Source: Plasmodiophora brassicae (Eukaryota). From it: a DNA stretch of 64,000 nucleotides. The notes under the pieces were generated by a model that worked only from the letters and a program-made list of their open reading frames with translations, did not search any database and had not been told where the DNA came from. The stretch spans positions 682,001-746,000 of the forward strand of contig CP145414.1 of NCBI GenBank assembly GCA_036867785.1, in the 5' to 3' direction. The translations under genes and the position numbers were made by a program. This document shows, piece after piece, positions 1 to 13,787 of the stretch. Every line of letters begins with the position of its first letter. Within the stretch, counting starts at the first letter, position 1.

Positions 1-700
1 AAGTACTTCTGTGCCATGATCGGCGACTACAAATCACTGATTTTGCTTGGTGATAGCGTTCCCAAGTACGCCCACCCCATGCTAGACTGCACGATTGTAC
101 GCTACATGGACTGGAAGACCGGCGAAGAAGGATCTGCACTGCTTGACGTTAATGGCGCCCCAGTAGTTGACGTACGGTAACGCTGTCGTATGCGACGGGC
201 AGTGGAAGAACCCGGGAACGCTTGTCCAGTTTCTAGCCGCGGTTTCGAACGCACACAAGAATGTCTTTGATCCTGCCTGAACCTATCGAAACGTTCCTAA
301 TGTCATGGGTTCCTTTGGGGACACAATCGAGTCACCCGTGGGGACGTATCCACGCAGGATGACCTTGCTCAACCGGGCGTAGGCATCCATAACGTATTGA
401 ATGTTTCCGCATTGACCCAACATAGGCATCCGTCCAGCATGGTGGCGACAGCCGCTGACCGACCCCTCGTTTCGTACAGTTGGACACATTGGTCGCATGG
501 TTCGGCGTCAGCGTTCAACGTCGATAACTGGGGCGCCATTAAAGTCAAGCAGTGCAGATCGACTAGAACACACCTGAAGATGTGTCCTACCGGAGCATAT
601 CATGGGCAACACGTCAGCGGATGCCGTACGTTCCCAAACGTATCGTTGTTGATGCGCGCTCGAACGTGGGGAGGTTGGAGTCGAATGGAATTTCATCTCT
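1..700. pseudogene. Two converging, degenerate fragments of one repeat-family protein (possible transposon remnant)
   Basis: 131-175 (+) and 516-560 (-) are inverted copies (SALLDVNGAPVVDV vs SALLDFNGAPVIDV). Broken frames give CDGQWKNPG..FLAAVSNAHK (+) and EPCDQC..GCRHHAG..GN (-). Family identity not established. Confidence 0.35.
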
Positions 701-741
701 TTATGGAGCGCACCACTGACTTGCAGGATGGTGTTGCCGGA

Positions 742-1848
742 TTATGACGGGGTGGTCGATCGCCGCTCAATGGCACGAACATGGTCGACATTGACCAGAG
801 CGAATCCGGCAATGACCAGAGCAGACCCGAGCGCGTACAGTGCTCCTGGAACGGCATCCTTCAACGCAAAGTCGCATAGCATCGCCAGCGGGATCGACAT
901 TGACAACCCAACCTGGGCAGCGGCTCAGCACACACACATATAGCACGCCTGGAGTAGATGACTCCTGTTTACGGTGGCAATGAGCGGCGACGTCATGACG
1001 ATTGACTGCGCCCACAGCAGGTCGCTGAAGACGGACAACAGAGCGTTGAGAAGGAGACCTTGCCAGGCAGCCGCGGTCGGGAACGTCACCATCCTTAACG
1101 TGGAGAAGTGCAGAACAATGAGGACCGGGGCGCCGATGCCGACGACCCAGGTGCCCATCCAGCCGAACATTCTCGACATGCTAAGTCGGCGCCATTCACT
1201 GCCGACCTGCTGCTTCAGACCGACGGTGTATACACCGGACAGAGCCGCAGACAGCAAGGCGGCCATATCCCCAAGCGTCGTTGACGATCCCGCATCCTTC
1301 TCACTGTCTTGGAGCGACACGATGCACGCTCCGGCGAAGGCAGCGAACACGCCAGCGACCTTCGTTACGGTGAACGATCGCGGAATGAGAAGGAGCGAGA
1401 ATATCAGGGCGAACACGGGAGCGCTAGACGACAGGATGGTGGTCGAGCTGAGCGTTGTTCGCGACAACGACCAGTTGTAGCAATACGACAGCGCGAACCA
1501 CAACGGCATGAACCGGATCGCAATCCGGTTCGTCTCTCGAACGGACAGCACATCTGGCGTCGGGCGACCGCACACCAGGAATCGCACTTGGAACAACGCG
1601 AACGATGCCGCATTGACGAACGTCAGAAACAGCGGGTCATCAAATTGCAGTTGCCCGAATATCCTCTACGACGCGCGACCGTCACCGACGGCGACGGCCC
1701 GGCGCCAGGCCCGTACCTGAGTCAGGACGCCGGACACGACCCACAGCGCGACCACCAACGCGAGCAGCACGCTGCCGCACACGAAATCGTGCCGCCGGCG
1801 CTCCAGGAGCGGCTCGCGGGCCGCCCCGGCCCCACTCAGCTCCATCAT
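742..1848 (-). CDS. SLC35F/EamA (DMT superfamily) membrane transporter, THI74/SLC35F5-like; spliced
   Basis: Multiple TM helices: LALVVALWVVSGVLTQ, LWFALSYCYNWSLSRTTLSSTTILSSS, GDMAALLSAALSGVY, SDLLWAQSIVMTSPLIATVGLSMSIPLA. GT-AG introns join the ORFs at 1666-2328 and 925-1596 to a last exon ending in TAA at 742-744. Confidence 0.85.
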
Positions 1849-2065
1849 GACGGGCCAGACGCCCCGGCACCGTTTTGTCCGACACTTGACGTGACAAAAC
1901 GGCACGCTGCAGCGAGCTGTTCCCTGCCTGTTGCTGCTGCCCCCCAATGCCACAGCAGCGCCGCACGACACGATGGGTTGTATATAAAAGTCGAGCAACA
2001 GTTCGTCCGATGGGAACACCTTACGCCTGCTGTGGGAAAAGCGATTCGACGTTTGCTCGCTTTCG

Positions 2066-2924
2066 TCAGAATCGGGACGTCTCGGGCGTGTCGGTATCGG
2101 GCGACGTCCACGGCTGGTCGCAATGGGGGCAGTCGGCGTCGGCATTGTGGCGGCCCAGTTCGGACCGGTACCGCTCGAAGCAGTCGACGTGGACGTTGCC
2201 GCCGCAGGAGCGGCACCAGACGAGCGGGTCGTCCGTGTCGTTGCTGGCGAGGTCGCTGCAGCAGATTGGGCATTGGTCGCCTTCCTCGATCGGCGCCGGT
2301 TCCGGTTGATGGACGGCGCCCGTGTCATCCGACGCCGCCGCCGGTTCGACGTCGAGAGCGGCCCCCGTTTCCTTCATGTACCCGGATCGAACGCGCTGCG
2401 GTGCTAGGACCGACTTGCTGACGTCAATCTGGTCACGTCGCTCGATCATTGCGTCGATGTCTTTCGGGTCATGGTCGGCGTCCATCTTGAGGACGCGAGT
2501 CAGCACGAACAGGATGTGCTTGCACAGCTTCTTCCGAACGCGTTGGTCCCTGCACGTGCACGTCGGCACGTACTCCTTCGAGAACATCGGGTAGTATACG
2601 TTGCCCGTTGTGCCCGACACGACGTACGCCTTCGAATCCCACGATCAGAGACGTGCTTCTACTGATGATAGCACCCATCCCTACCAGACTGCCATGGGCC
2701 TCGTAATCCCGCCGGGAGTCGCGCCTGCCAATCAGGTAAATGCGGTCGTTACGGGCCCGTTCGAGACGACTGGGTTCCAGCGGCAGCTTGGGCGGCGTCT
2801 CCTTCGTCGCACCCGATCGCCGGGCCGCTTCGCTCAGCTTCTCATGCGTTGTCTTCGGCCGCGTCGGCGACACCGATTCCGTACTGCCGCTATCGGGGTT
2901 GTCCGATTTCGCTCGACGCCCCAT
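2066..2924 (-). CDS. SWIM zinc finger + RING finger protein (ZSWIM2/MEKK1-like N-terminal module)
   Basis: SWIM motif CTC..LCKHILFVL preceded by GTTGNVY; RING motif CPICC..WCRSCGGNVHVDCF..CPHC; first exon MGRRAKS..RARNDRIYLI. Confidence 0.85.
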
Positions 2925-3130
2925 CTGCTGAAGGGGATGAACGCTGCTGATCCGGCCCAACACGAACCGCCCGATCCGCACGGGACGGGAGGCCATTGCA
3001 ATCGCCGAGGGCACTGCGTCGGATCGGGATCGGATCGGATGAAGGCTCCGGTGGAAGCTGGCCTGATGATGAAGCGTCATGGGTGGAGTGACTGACTGGG
3101 GTCAGGCGCCTGAGATATTTCCAAGAGGCA

Positions 3131-4079
3131 ATGGCGCTTGTCCATCATCATGTCCAGGTGGCGCGTCGTGGTTGGCGCGACCTGGCCAATCGCATCCACA
3201 TTGTCGACGACGCTGTTGACGGAGAACGAGCCCGGTTTCGTCAGGCCTGTTCGGAGTTCGAGGATGCCGTCCACGCCGTCCGGCATCCTTCCAAGCCCCG
3301 GTTTCGTCCCCGATCGCCGATCCACGACCAGGCGAACAGCCTGACGGCGACGACATGGAAGCGATTCCACCCCATGCGGCGACATGAAAAGGCGAACGGG
3401 CATTCGTCGACAACGTCGCACAGGAAAACACACAAACAGGTTGTGCATGATCTCCTGGACGGGTACACGAACGCGTCGCTGAAAGCAACGAAGATCCAGG
3501 CGACGATCAGGACGACGATCCAGGAACTGGCGCGATCCACAATCATGTGCCTGCAGTCGGTGGCCGACGGTGACCGCCATGCCAACGGCCTCGACATTGC
3601 ATCCGGCTTCTGGACTGAACTGACAAAGAAATCGTTGCACCTGCGATGGTACCTTCTCGAAAAGGCCCGACTGCTTGGTATAGTCACGTTGCAGCAGATA
3701 GCGACAGCGGTTCGGCTAACACGTTGGTTCGGTAGATCATCGGCGGAATCAGTTTGCGATGTGCGTTGCGAACAACAACGGCAAAGTGTTTCAGGGGGCG
3801 CTTCACGAGCATCATGGCCCGCTACTGGAGGTGGCAACGACGATGCTGCATGTGATTGGGTCGACGGTTGAACGGCTGGCGACGGTTGCGACCGAGAAAC
3901 GACAGGATGACGATGCGCGCCCGAACCAGAACGTGGCGGGCCAGACGATGGACGGGCCGGTCAATATCTCCAGCACGGTGGTGACTTTATTCACCATCAT
4001 GCACGCCTACGACCTCGTCCGAGAGATTGTCAGCAAGTTCGAGGACGTCATCGATTTCGTCGATTCGTTGCAACCGTAG
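3131..4079 (+). CDS. Hypothetical helical protein, probably spliced
   Basis: Consecutive 246-aa and 106-aa ORFs with coding-like composition, separated by a plausible GT-AG intron at about 3678-3734; no recognisable domain. Confidence 0.5.
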
Positions 4080-4123
4080 CCAGGATCGCTATGTAGATAC
4101 ACGATGTCGGTCGTGTGTCGTAG

Positions 4124-5731
<1,608 letters not shown>

Positions 5732-5876
5732 CAGGCGGCGCAACGATCTGTCGTACAAGTATAGTATGTAGTACTGCACATCGGACTAACAACGGCCGTT
5801 TCTGGAACTGGATGCCGGTCATGACGGGGAACGGTCACTTGACGTACCGTCGGGTACCAATACCGTGAGTGCCAAG

Positions 5877-8800
5877 ATGTCGGAGGCGATGACGATGGAC
5901 GGCGCCGCCCCGAGCGAAGTGGCGACGGCCGCCACCGTCGACATCGCGCTGACCTTGTTCCTGACCGCTGTGGTGATCGGCGCCATCCTGAAGTGGATCT
6001 ATTCGTTCCTGGAGAAACCGTTGCCGCTGACGATCCTCGTGTTCCTGCTCGGCGGCCTGCTGTCGATCTGGGCGGACCACTATGACCTAGGTCTGATCGG
6101 CGAGGGGATCCACATGGCCGAGGATGTACATCCGAACGTCATCTTCTTCATCCTGCTGCCGCCGTTGCTGTTCGAGGCGGCGTCGCTGACGGACTGGCCC
6201 GTCTTCCGGCACGTGTTCGCCCAGAGCGTCTGGCTGGCCGGCCCCGGGGCCCTGGTCTCCACCGCCTTCATGAGCGGCGCCGTCTACGTTATCTTCAATT
6301 TCATCCTGCCGGGCACCCATTGGAGCTTCGCCGACTGCCTCATGTTCTGCTCCATGTTCGCCGCCACTGACACGGTGACCCGAACGTTCTTCCGAAAACG
6401 ATGACCGTCCTCGCTAACGACGCTGTAGGTGGCCGTCGTGACGACGCTCGACAGCCTGGGTGTACCGAACCGTGTGGCGGCCCCGATCAACGGCGAGTCG
6501 CTGATCAACGACGGGTCCGCGATCGTCATGTTCAAGATCTTCAAGGACCTGGCGACAGGAACGCCCGCCTCATTCGGAAGCGTTTTCGTCCAGTTCGTTC
6601 GGCTCGCGTTCGGCGGCACTGCATGGGGATACGCCTGCGCCATCATCGTCTCCTGGATGCTGAGCATGGTCCAGTCGGACGCCAACATCGAGATCACGCT
6701 GCTGATGGCCGGGTCCATCATCACGTACTTCATCGCCGACTACGCGTTCGAGGTGTCCGGCGTCTTAGCCGTCATCACCTTCGGCATGTACATGGCCTCG
6801 AAAGGCATGTACGTCGTCACGCCCGACGTAGCCAAGTTCGAGGAATCGTTCAAATCGCAGGTCGCGTTCTACGCTAACACGCTGATCTTCTTCCTGGCCG
6901 GCGTCGTCTCGTTCCACCGCGTGTCGTACGCCCCCGAGATCACCAACAACCCATACAACTGGCTCGCCATGATTGCCCTGTTCGTCTTCCTGATCCTGGC
7001 GCGTGTCGTCATGGTCGCCGTGCTGTGGCCCATCCTGCGAATCACCGGCTACGGCATGCAGGTCCGTGTGCAGCACGGGCTTCGTGCATATATGGCGGCG
7101 CCCTAATAACGCCCGTAGGTCGCTGAAGCCAAGGTCCTGGTCTGGTCCGGGCTGCGAGGCGCCATGACGGTGGCGCTGGCCCTCGCCATGGACTTGGACC
7201 AGCGCATCTCACGGGAGACCGCTGGGCTGATGATCTTCCACATCGCCGGGCTGGTGTCGATGACGCTGTTGATCAACGGGCCGACCATCGACTCGCTGTA
7301 CATCTGGCTGGATATCCACCCGCCCAACCCGTACCGCGCTGTGATGTTCTCCAAGGCGATGACTGAGCTCGAGTGCGCGTACATGAAGCCGCACATCGAC
7401 GAGATCGTCCACGACCCGTTCTTCGCGATCGCCGACATGGCGACCGTCAAGCAGCTCGTCCTGGACATGACGAAAGCGACCATCATCGGGCGCGGGAAGC
7501 CGAAGTTCGACGAACAGGACACGAGCGTGGACGCGCGCGCCCTCCTGGCCACCATGCTCGAGCGTCGCCAGGCTCGCGAATACGGCATGTGGCGAGAGCA
7601 GGAATTGCTCAAAGCGCAGGGCAAGCCGATCCCCAAGCGGAAACTCGCCAGCATGGACGTGGGAAACGCGGTCCCTGCCAGCGAGGAGCTCATGCATGTC
7701 CGTACCGAGGAGCACGACACTCTGAAACTTCTCGTATCGCCTCGGGGCCCACGGGACGGCCAGCCCTGGCAGAACTCACTGCGAGGGTCCAACCATGACG
7801 CCGGCGGGCACATCCCAGTAACGGCAGTGTTCGGCGCCGACCACGCCGTCGTCGACATCGACCTGGACGGGCCCGCTGCCGAACCGGAACAGCAGGAGGA
7901 GACGCATGATGATCATGCGGAACACGAGTGTCGGACGGACAAGCGCGATCAGCTTCGTATGTTACGGGAGATGTCCACAGCGATGTCGCACCGGCAACGG
8001 GTCGACAGGCGCCGGGCGATGGTGTCCAGGCATAAGCGGGACGCGCAGGTCGCGTTGCTGTTGTTCTCGGCGATCAAGGCCGACTTCCGGGAGCAGTTCG
8101 AGGCGCATCGCTTGTCGCATGAGGCCGTCTGGATGCTGTTCGACGCGGCCAACGACGGGTCGGAGGAATGTGACAAGGCGCCGTTCAAGAAGCTGTCGAC
8201 GCCGTTTAAAGCGGAATGGAACGCGCTGTCGTTGAAGCTGGAGCAGGCGATGATCTCGCCCTGGTTGCGACGCTGGCAGCACCTGTGGGTCGTGCGGCAA
8301 CTCGGCAACTGGGTCATGCTTCGCAACATGTTCCTTGCGCTGGAGGTACTGCACGCGTTCATCGAGTCACACGTCAAGGTCGTCGAGCGAGCGTCCGAGG
8401 AGGTGCTGGCCGACCCGACCAAGATCAAGGCGATGCTGGCGAAGATCGTGCGCAAGGCGGAGGCGATTCTGGCCGGGCACCTGAGCGCCATGCCCAACTT
8501 CTCGCAGGTCGTCGTGACGGTCCTGTGCGCGCGTCGTATCCTGCACCTGAAACGCCAGAAGCTGTTATCGCTGACCGCGGAAGGCGTCATCAGCAAGATG
8601 GACCTGCAGGGCCTGATCCTGGCCATCGACGTACGGCTCGGTCAGCTGTCCACCATGAACGTCATGTTCCATATTGCCCAGATCCGGCACCTCGACCGGG
8701 AACGATCCAAACTGCTGGACGCCGGTGCGGGCGTGTTCGCCACCCGTAACCGGGACCTGCTCACGAAGCGCATGAAGAAGGTGATGGCGACCACCAAGTT

Positions 8801-9002
8801 CAGGAAGACGCGCAAGAGCGACGCCGAACGGTCGTCTGTGAGCAACGGCAACGACGACGCCGAGGAGGACGACGAGGAGAACCTGGAGCAGCACGTCATG
8901 ACTGTCGTGGCGCAGACAGTCGCCGCGAACGCCCGCACGAAGCGATACGATTCGCGAAGCTTCATCGAGCTCGTTGACCACGGATCCGAATACGAAATGT
9001 GA
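5877..9002 (+). CDS. CPA1 Na+/H+ antiporter, SOS1/NHX7-like, with long cytoplasmic tail; 3 exons
   Basis: FFILLPPLLFEAA, AATDTVAVV, INGESLINDGSAIV, EVSGVLAV, ANTLIFFLAG, WSGLRGA, LINGPTI. Confidence 0.92.
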
Positions 9003-9298
9003 AATAGGTGCATATACACTGTTCATCACTGGCCGCTCGCGCGCCATCGCTGCTCCAGGATCAACCAGGGCCTCGCTGACGAGCGAAACACGCCGCTCGC
9101 ACAGAGCAGGACGTCATCGGTGTCGAACGGCAGGTCTGCGCCATTTGATGGCTGGAACCCACCAAAGCGATATCGTGGGTCCTTGCCGGCTCTGGACCAG
9201 AACCGGACGGCAACTGAGGAAAGATGCCCCGTGTTGTTTATCGCATTTCGTCGAGCCAGCCGCCGGGAGAATGCCGCAAGGACTTGGTGTGCACAACG

Positions 9299-9759
9299 TT
9301 ATGTAGTCGGACTGTCGTCCAGCACGGCACGGGTCTGATTGACGACGGAGACGGCTTCGTAGACGTTGGAGGGCGTGTCGCGATGGACAGGCTTGAGCGC
9401 TTCGTATTCCTCAGCGAGACGAGGGCGCACCATCGGATCGATAGGATCTCGCGGCTGCAACGCATCCAGCAGTGACATGGCCATTTCGAGCACTAATGAT
9501 TCCAGGGCGTCAATTCCTAGACTGCGATGCGACCGAGGACATTCTCACCGTCGTCATCCATCTCGTTGGCGGTAACAAACCCAATATCTTCGGGCGGGGA
9601 CGTCTGGCCGCCGACCAGGTCGTCGTCGGCGAACAGGTGGTCGGGGACCGACACCGGACGGGTTTGGTCCCCGCGCACCGCTTCGGCAGTGCAGGCGGAC
9701 AACAGCGCAACGAGGAGCGGTAGCGTCAGCGCGCTGCACGCCCGTCGTGCCGTCAGCAT
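9299..9759 (-). CDS. Small putatively secreted protein
   Basis: Signal-peptide-like N-terminus MLTARRACSALTLPLLVALLSACTAEA; probable short intron near 9493-9535; no known domain recognised. Confidence 0.5.
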
Positions 9760-9984
9760 TGCTGTCGGTTATTGCGGTTCTGCCGAACCACCCTGTCGCC
9801 AGGCAGGCCTATTTTAGGGTTCCCATCCCAGCGTCTCCCAGTCACTGCTGCCGCCTGCACAGAACGAAGTCGCCTGAAACGTCGACCTGACGGTACGGGG
9901 ACGTCTCGAGAATCCCGCTGACGACGAAACGCCAATGCGTATATCGAACAGCAACACCGATTTCGGTGTTACTCGATCACGCCG

Positions 9985-11088
9985 ATGGCTTCCGCGCGGT
10001 TGGAAAACATCTACGAAGCCGTGCCGTGTCGGGCCACAACTTCACGACGTTTGGACAGGAGTACCGCGCCATACCGACCGTCGGACGCGGTGCCCGCTGT
10101 CGAGACGAGCGCGATCTGCACGGATAGGTAGGTTGGCAGCGCATCATCCAGACATTCGTTCGCCATGAATGATTGGGTTGTCGGACGTGCCGGGCCATAT
10201 TTGGACGATTTTCGGGTTCCCACACGGAGGTATGGACGACCAGCGATTGTCGCGCAGGTTGGCGAGCCTGGCCCGTATGCGCGCTGAGCGATCGAGTGGA
10301 ACGCTGTATCACTGACTGATGGTGGCCTACGTCGTAGACGCAACGTCAGGCCTGGCGAATGCGACCAATCAGCTCCAGGCGCAGGTGGCGTCGCTGGACG
10401 AGGCCCATGGCAACCTCGCTCGATTCAATTCCGCGTTTGGCAACTTCCTTGATGGACTTGACGTGTATGCGTCGACGTTGACGTTCGCGCCGTTACCTGC
10501 CAAACGGCCTGTGCAGGTCAAGGTCCCTGCTCCTGAAGGTCAACCTGATCTTGGTTGACCACTGTGCCGCTCATAATCCATGTTGTAGTCGAGTTACGTT
10601 TTGAGCCGGAAGATGAACCTGTAGAACCTGAACCCGAGGTTGCCAAGGTAGGCTAAGCTACGGTAGTATCTAACCGTCGTAACCATGCTGACTATGCAAT
10701 CAGGTGGCGGTGGCACCAGTTCAGGTGAAGCGGAAGCCCTTCAAAGTACCGCTGAAGTATCGCAATTCAGCAGAACGCAAGAAATTGGAGACGTTGATGG
10801 ACATCCTTGCGAACCATCCAAACGGATTGTAGGAACCATTGTACCAACGATCGTGGTTAGTTCTGACGCCGCCCCCGTTCTCAGATGCTTATCCGAAATC
10901 GTTCGGGAATGCGCGCTTAGTCTCATCAAAGCTAAAGAATATCTGGCCTCGCTGATGAAGCTCGGCTGCGTTCAACGCATCAAACTCAAGAAAGTCTGTT
11001 CCTCGTGCGTCTACCTGGTTCCCAATCCTCGATCTCATTGCTGTTATTGCCGCAGGGGTTGACTTACGTGATTAAACCTGACTCCTAA
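9985..11088 (+). CDS. DASH/Dam1 kinetochore complex subunit Dam1-like protein; multi-exon, start uncertain
   Basis: LQAQVASLDEAHGNLARFNSAFGNFLDGLDVYASTLTFAPLP resembles the Dam1 core (L..HESL..FNESF.SFLYGL.MNA.CVDFP). Last exon GLTYVIKPDS* ends at 11088. Confidence 0.6.
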
Positions 11089-11373
11089 GCTGCTTGTTGC
11101 TTTACACGACCATGTTATTGTTATAACACGTTTGAAATTATTCGCCTGTGCCCGTTCAGTACCCTGGTGCCGGCGATATTATTCTTATCCCAGACAGTCA
11201 GGCAACCGCACCCGACCCTGCTTCCTCGGTTCCACCGGCGTGGGCGATTGGTTGTACCGCGGGTAGATAGCGGTACCGTCACCCCAAAAGGCGAATCCGC
11301 ACGTTGAGCCGTTCGTTTTTGTGACGAGGAGTCCCGCTGCTGCGTGGGAGTGTCGTTGGGAGCGCAGTCGACG

Positions 11374-11619
11374 ATGAAGGACGAGTCATTCCTGCAGTTC
11401 GCGGTACGCACGCTTCGAAAGCCGTCGGTACTGCCGTTCTTCATTGGCGGTGTCGTCGTGGTGGTTGGGGCGGCGTTCATCCCGATCAGTGACGAGGACC
11501 TTGCGAAGTCGAGTGAGTCCCGCATCCCGTGCGCCGGTCCACTTGCATGGATGCTAATCGTGGGTGAACAATTAGAATTCGTGCACCCTGACCTAGGACA
11601 CGAGAAGAGTCATCACTAA
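11374..11619 (+). CDS. Mitochondrial ATP synthase small subunit (subunit i/j, plant 6-kDa type); 1 intron
   Basis: About 60-aa single-TM protein, RKPSVLPFFIGGVVVVVGAAFIPISDEDLAKS-KFVHP, like the P-F-F/L-x-G...(T/S)EED.KNSKFV pattern of this family. Confidence 0.6.
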   Translation: MKDESFLQFAVRTLRKPSVLPFFIGGVVVVVGAAFIPISDEDLAKSSESRIPCAGPLAWMLIVGEQLEFVHPDLGHEKSHH

Positions 11620-11700
11620 TCGTCCCGCTGGCAATATAGACGAACGCATTCATCATCAATGTGAAATATCCCAAGTCCTTCATATAGATGTCCGTTCACA

Positions 11701-13609
11701 TCACGCGTCTACTTCCTCGACCTCGAAATCAGCGCTGCCGACGACCTCAGGCTCTTGCATAAGCTCGGCCATAGCGGCGGTCTCTTCCTCCTGCCGGTCG
11801 GCCTTGTCGTCTCCTGTCAGTAACCCCTGGCGCCTGGCAACGTTGTACATGTCGAAGTCCGTTCGGCCCTACGTTGACGTTGAATTCGGTAACCGCCGAG
11901 GTCCCTAACGGCACGTCCATACCTCAATCTCCTTGCCGAACTGCAACTTCGATATATAGGGCATCAGACCCAGCTGCCGGGCGCGCTTGATCGCTCGCGT
12001 AATTTTCCTTTGGTACTTAGCGCACATGCCTCTGTCTGCAGCGTTACGTTGCTGGTTACCAGTGGTGCCATCGTAGACTTACGTCTTCCTTGCCGGCATG
12101 ATCATTCCCAGTTCGGTGACGAACGAATTGAGGAGTTCAATGTTCGTGTGCGAAATGGTATTCGCTTGCTCAGGCTTCACCCAGCATCTGGCTCGGGACC
12201 CCGGTCCTGTCTTTGGCTTGTTGCACAGCGGACAAGCATCAAAGATGATCAGATCCCTGTAGCAATCGTGTCAGTACGACTCCAAGAGGCGGCAGGAACT
12301 CGACGTACGGGGACACCAATTCGGCAGGTTTCTTGTCGGGATCCAAATCGCTAACACGGGGTTGAAGTTCCTCAGGAAGAATCGTAGGATTCTCATATGG
12401 ATCGGCGGGAAGTTTGCCTTGGAATTTCATTCGACGAGCCCAGAACTCGGTCTGTCGTGTCCACGAGTATGAGCAATGCGAGACAGCCAATGTGGGAGGA
12501 GGAGGCTCACCATCGTGCGTTTTTGGTCTAATACAGGAGCCTTGATTTCAGGCTCCTTTAAGATGGCATGCCATTTCTGGTCCTCTGTCATCGGCGACCC
12601 ATCTGGATTGACGCCGCGAATCAAGCGCTCACGTTCCTCAGCTGTTGGGGATTGTCAGAAGGCGCCCGATCTCTGCCTCACCGTTGGAACCAGTGATACC
12701 TTCATAAGGGAGCTGGGGACGGTCAAATTCGTTGATGTCGGCTAGTTGCAGGTTGTAGCCAAGGTCGGTAAGGGTCTTCATCACCTTGAGAGGCTGCGCC
12801 ATGTCGACCGTCTTCCCTTTCAAGACGATACCTGTGTCACGCAGCTTCTGCTCGAAACGAGGGTCGAGCATTGACAGCAACGTAGACAGTCGAACAGGGA
12901 CCGCTTCAGCAAGCTCGGGCTTTTCCCTCACCGTTTCTTCGTACACCTTCCGCATTGGATCGCGTTTCAGGTACAATTCGGTGAATCGCTCCGCGTTCGC
13001 TTTGAGGAGAGCCTGATGAACTTCCCGATCAAGGCGTGCGAATTCTTGCTCCCAGTCGACCCGGTTCGTCACGAACGCCTTTGCAATATCGGGCAGCACC
13101 GAGACGGACTTCTCGAACTGTTCGTTGATGTGCTGAACGCTCCTGTCATACTGGTCCTTCTCGAGCATCCACTGCTCACCGCCATCGGCAGACGCCGACA
13201 GTTCAGCTTTCCGCTTCGTCATTTTCGCCTCTTCTAGCGAACGACGAAGATCGCGCTCGACCCTGTACTTATCCGTCCACTGGGCCACCTTGCGGTTCGC
13301 TTCGTCGGCCTGGGCGCGCGACAGGTGCATCTCCTGCGTCCCGTCGTCCTTCTTCGCAACGGACTTCAACAGATACTGGATGACGGCATCCCTGGTGACC
13401 TCAACATCGCGCATCGACGACGCCGTTCGCGGGCCGCCGACCAGCGGCCCCAGCACGGACATGATCTCCTGGAAGTCATCCATGCATCGCTGGGGCAGCT
13501 CCGGCACCGCAGGGTCCCCAGGGACGCGGCCCGCCGCCGACGACAGCGCTCGCACCTGATGGTGCCGCCCGACGCCGACTGCCCGCTGTACCAACCGCCG
13601 TAGCAACAT
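11701..13609 (-). CDS. Mitochondrial ribosomal protein bS18m with long N-terminal extension; multi-exon
   Basis: Arg-rich presequence MLLRRLVQRAVGVGRHHQVRALSS. C-terminal S18 domain HTNIELLNSFVTELGMIMPARR..GMCAKYQRKITRAIKRARQLGLMPY. An intron at about 12642-12681 joins the ORFs; TGA at 11701-11703. Confidence 0.8.
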
Positions 13610-13787
13610 GGCGGGCAGCTAATGCGGTCGACTGAAGAACCCCCCACGCAGTCGATCGCCCCGCGCACGCGGACGACGAGTTGCCCGGCGAACCACCACG
13701 TGGCCCTGCTCCGCACACAGGGGTTTAGAGCAACGCAGGTCTGTATTCTGGACGGGGATTAACCGATGACGCGGGAACCACATGGGG

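Noticed and set aside
9812-9819. Telomere-like TTTTAGGG, also AAACCCTAA at about 37469 at the fold-back breakpoint
   Set aside because: Single units are expected by chance; there is no array.
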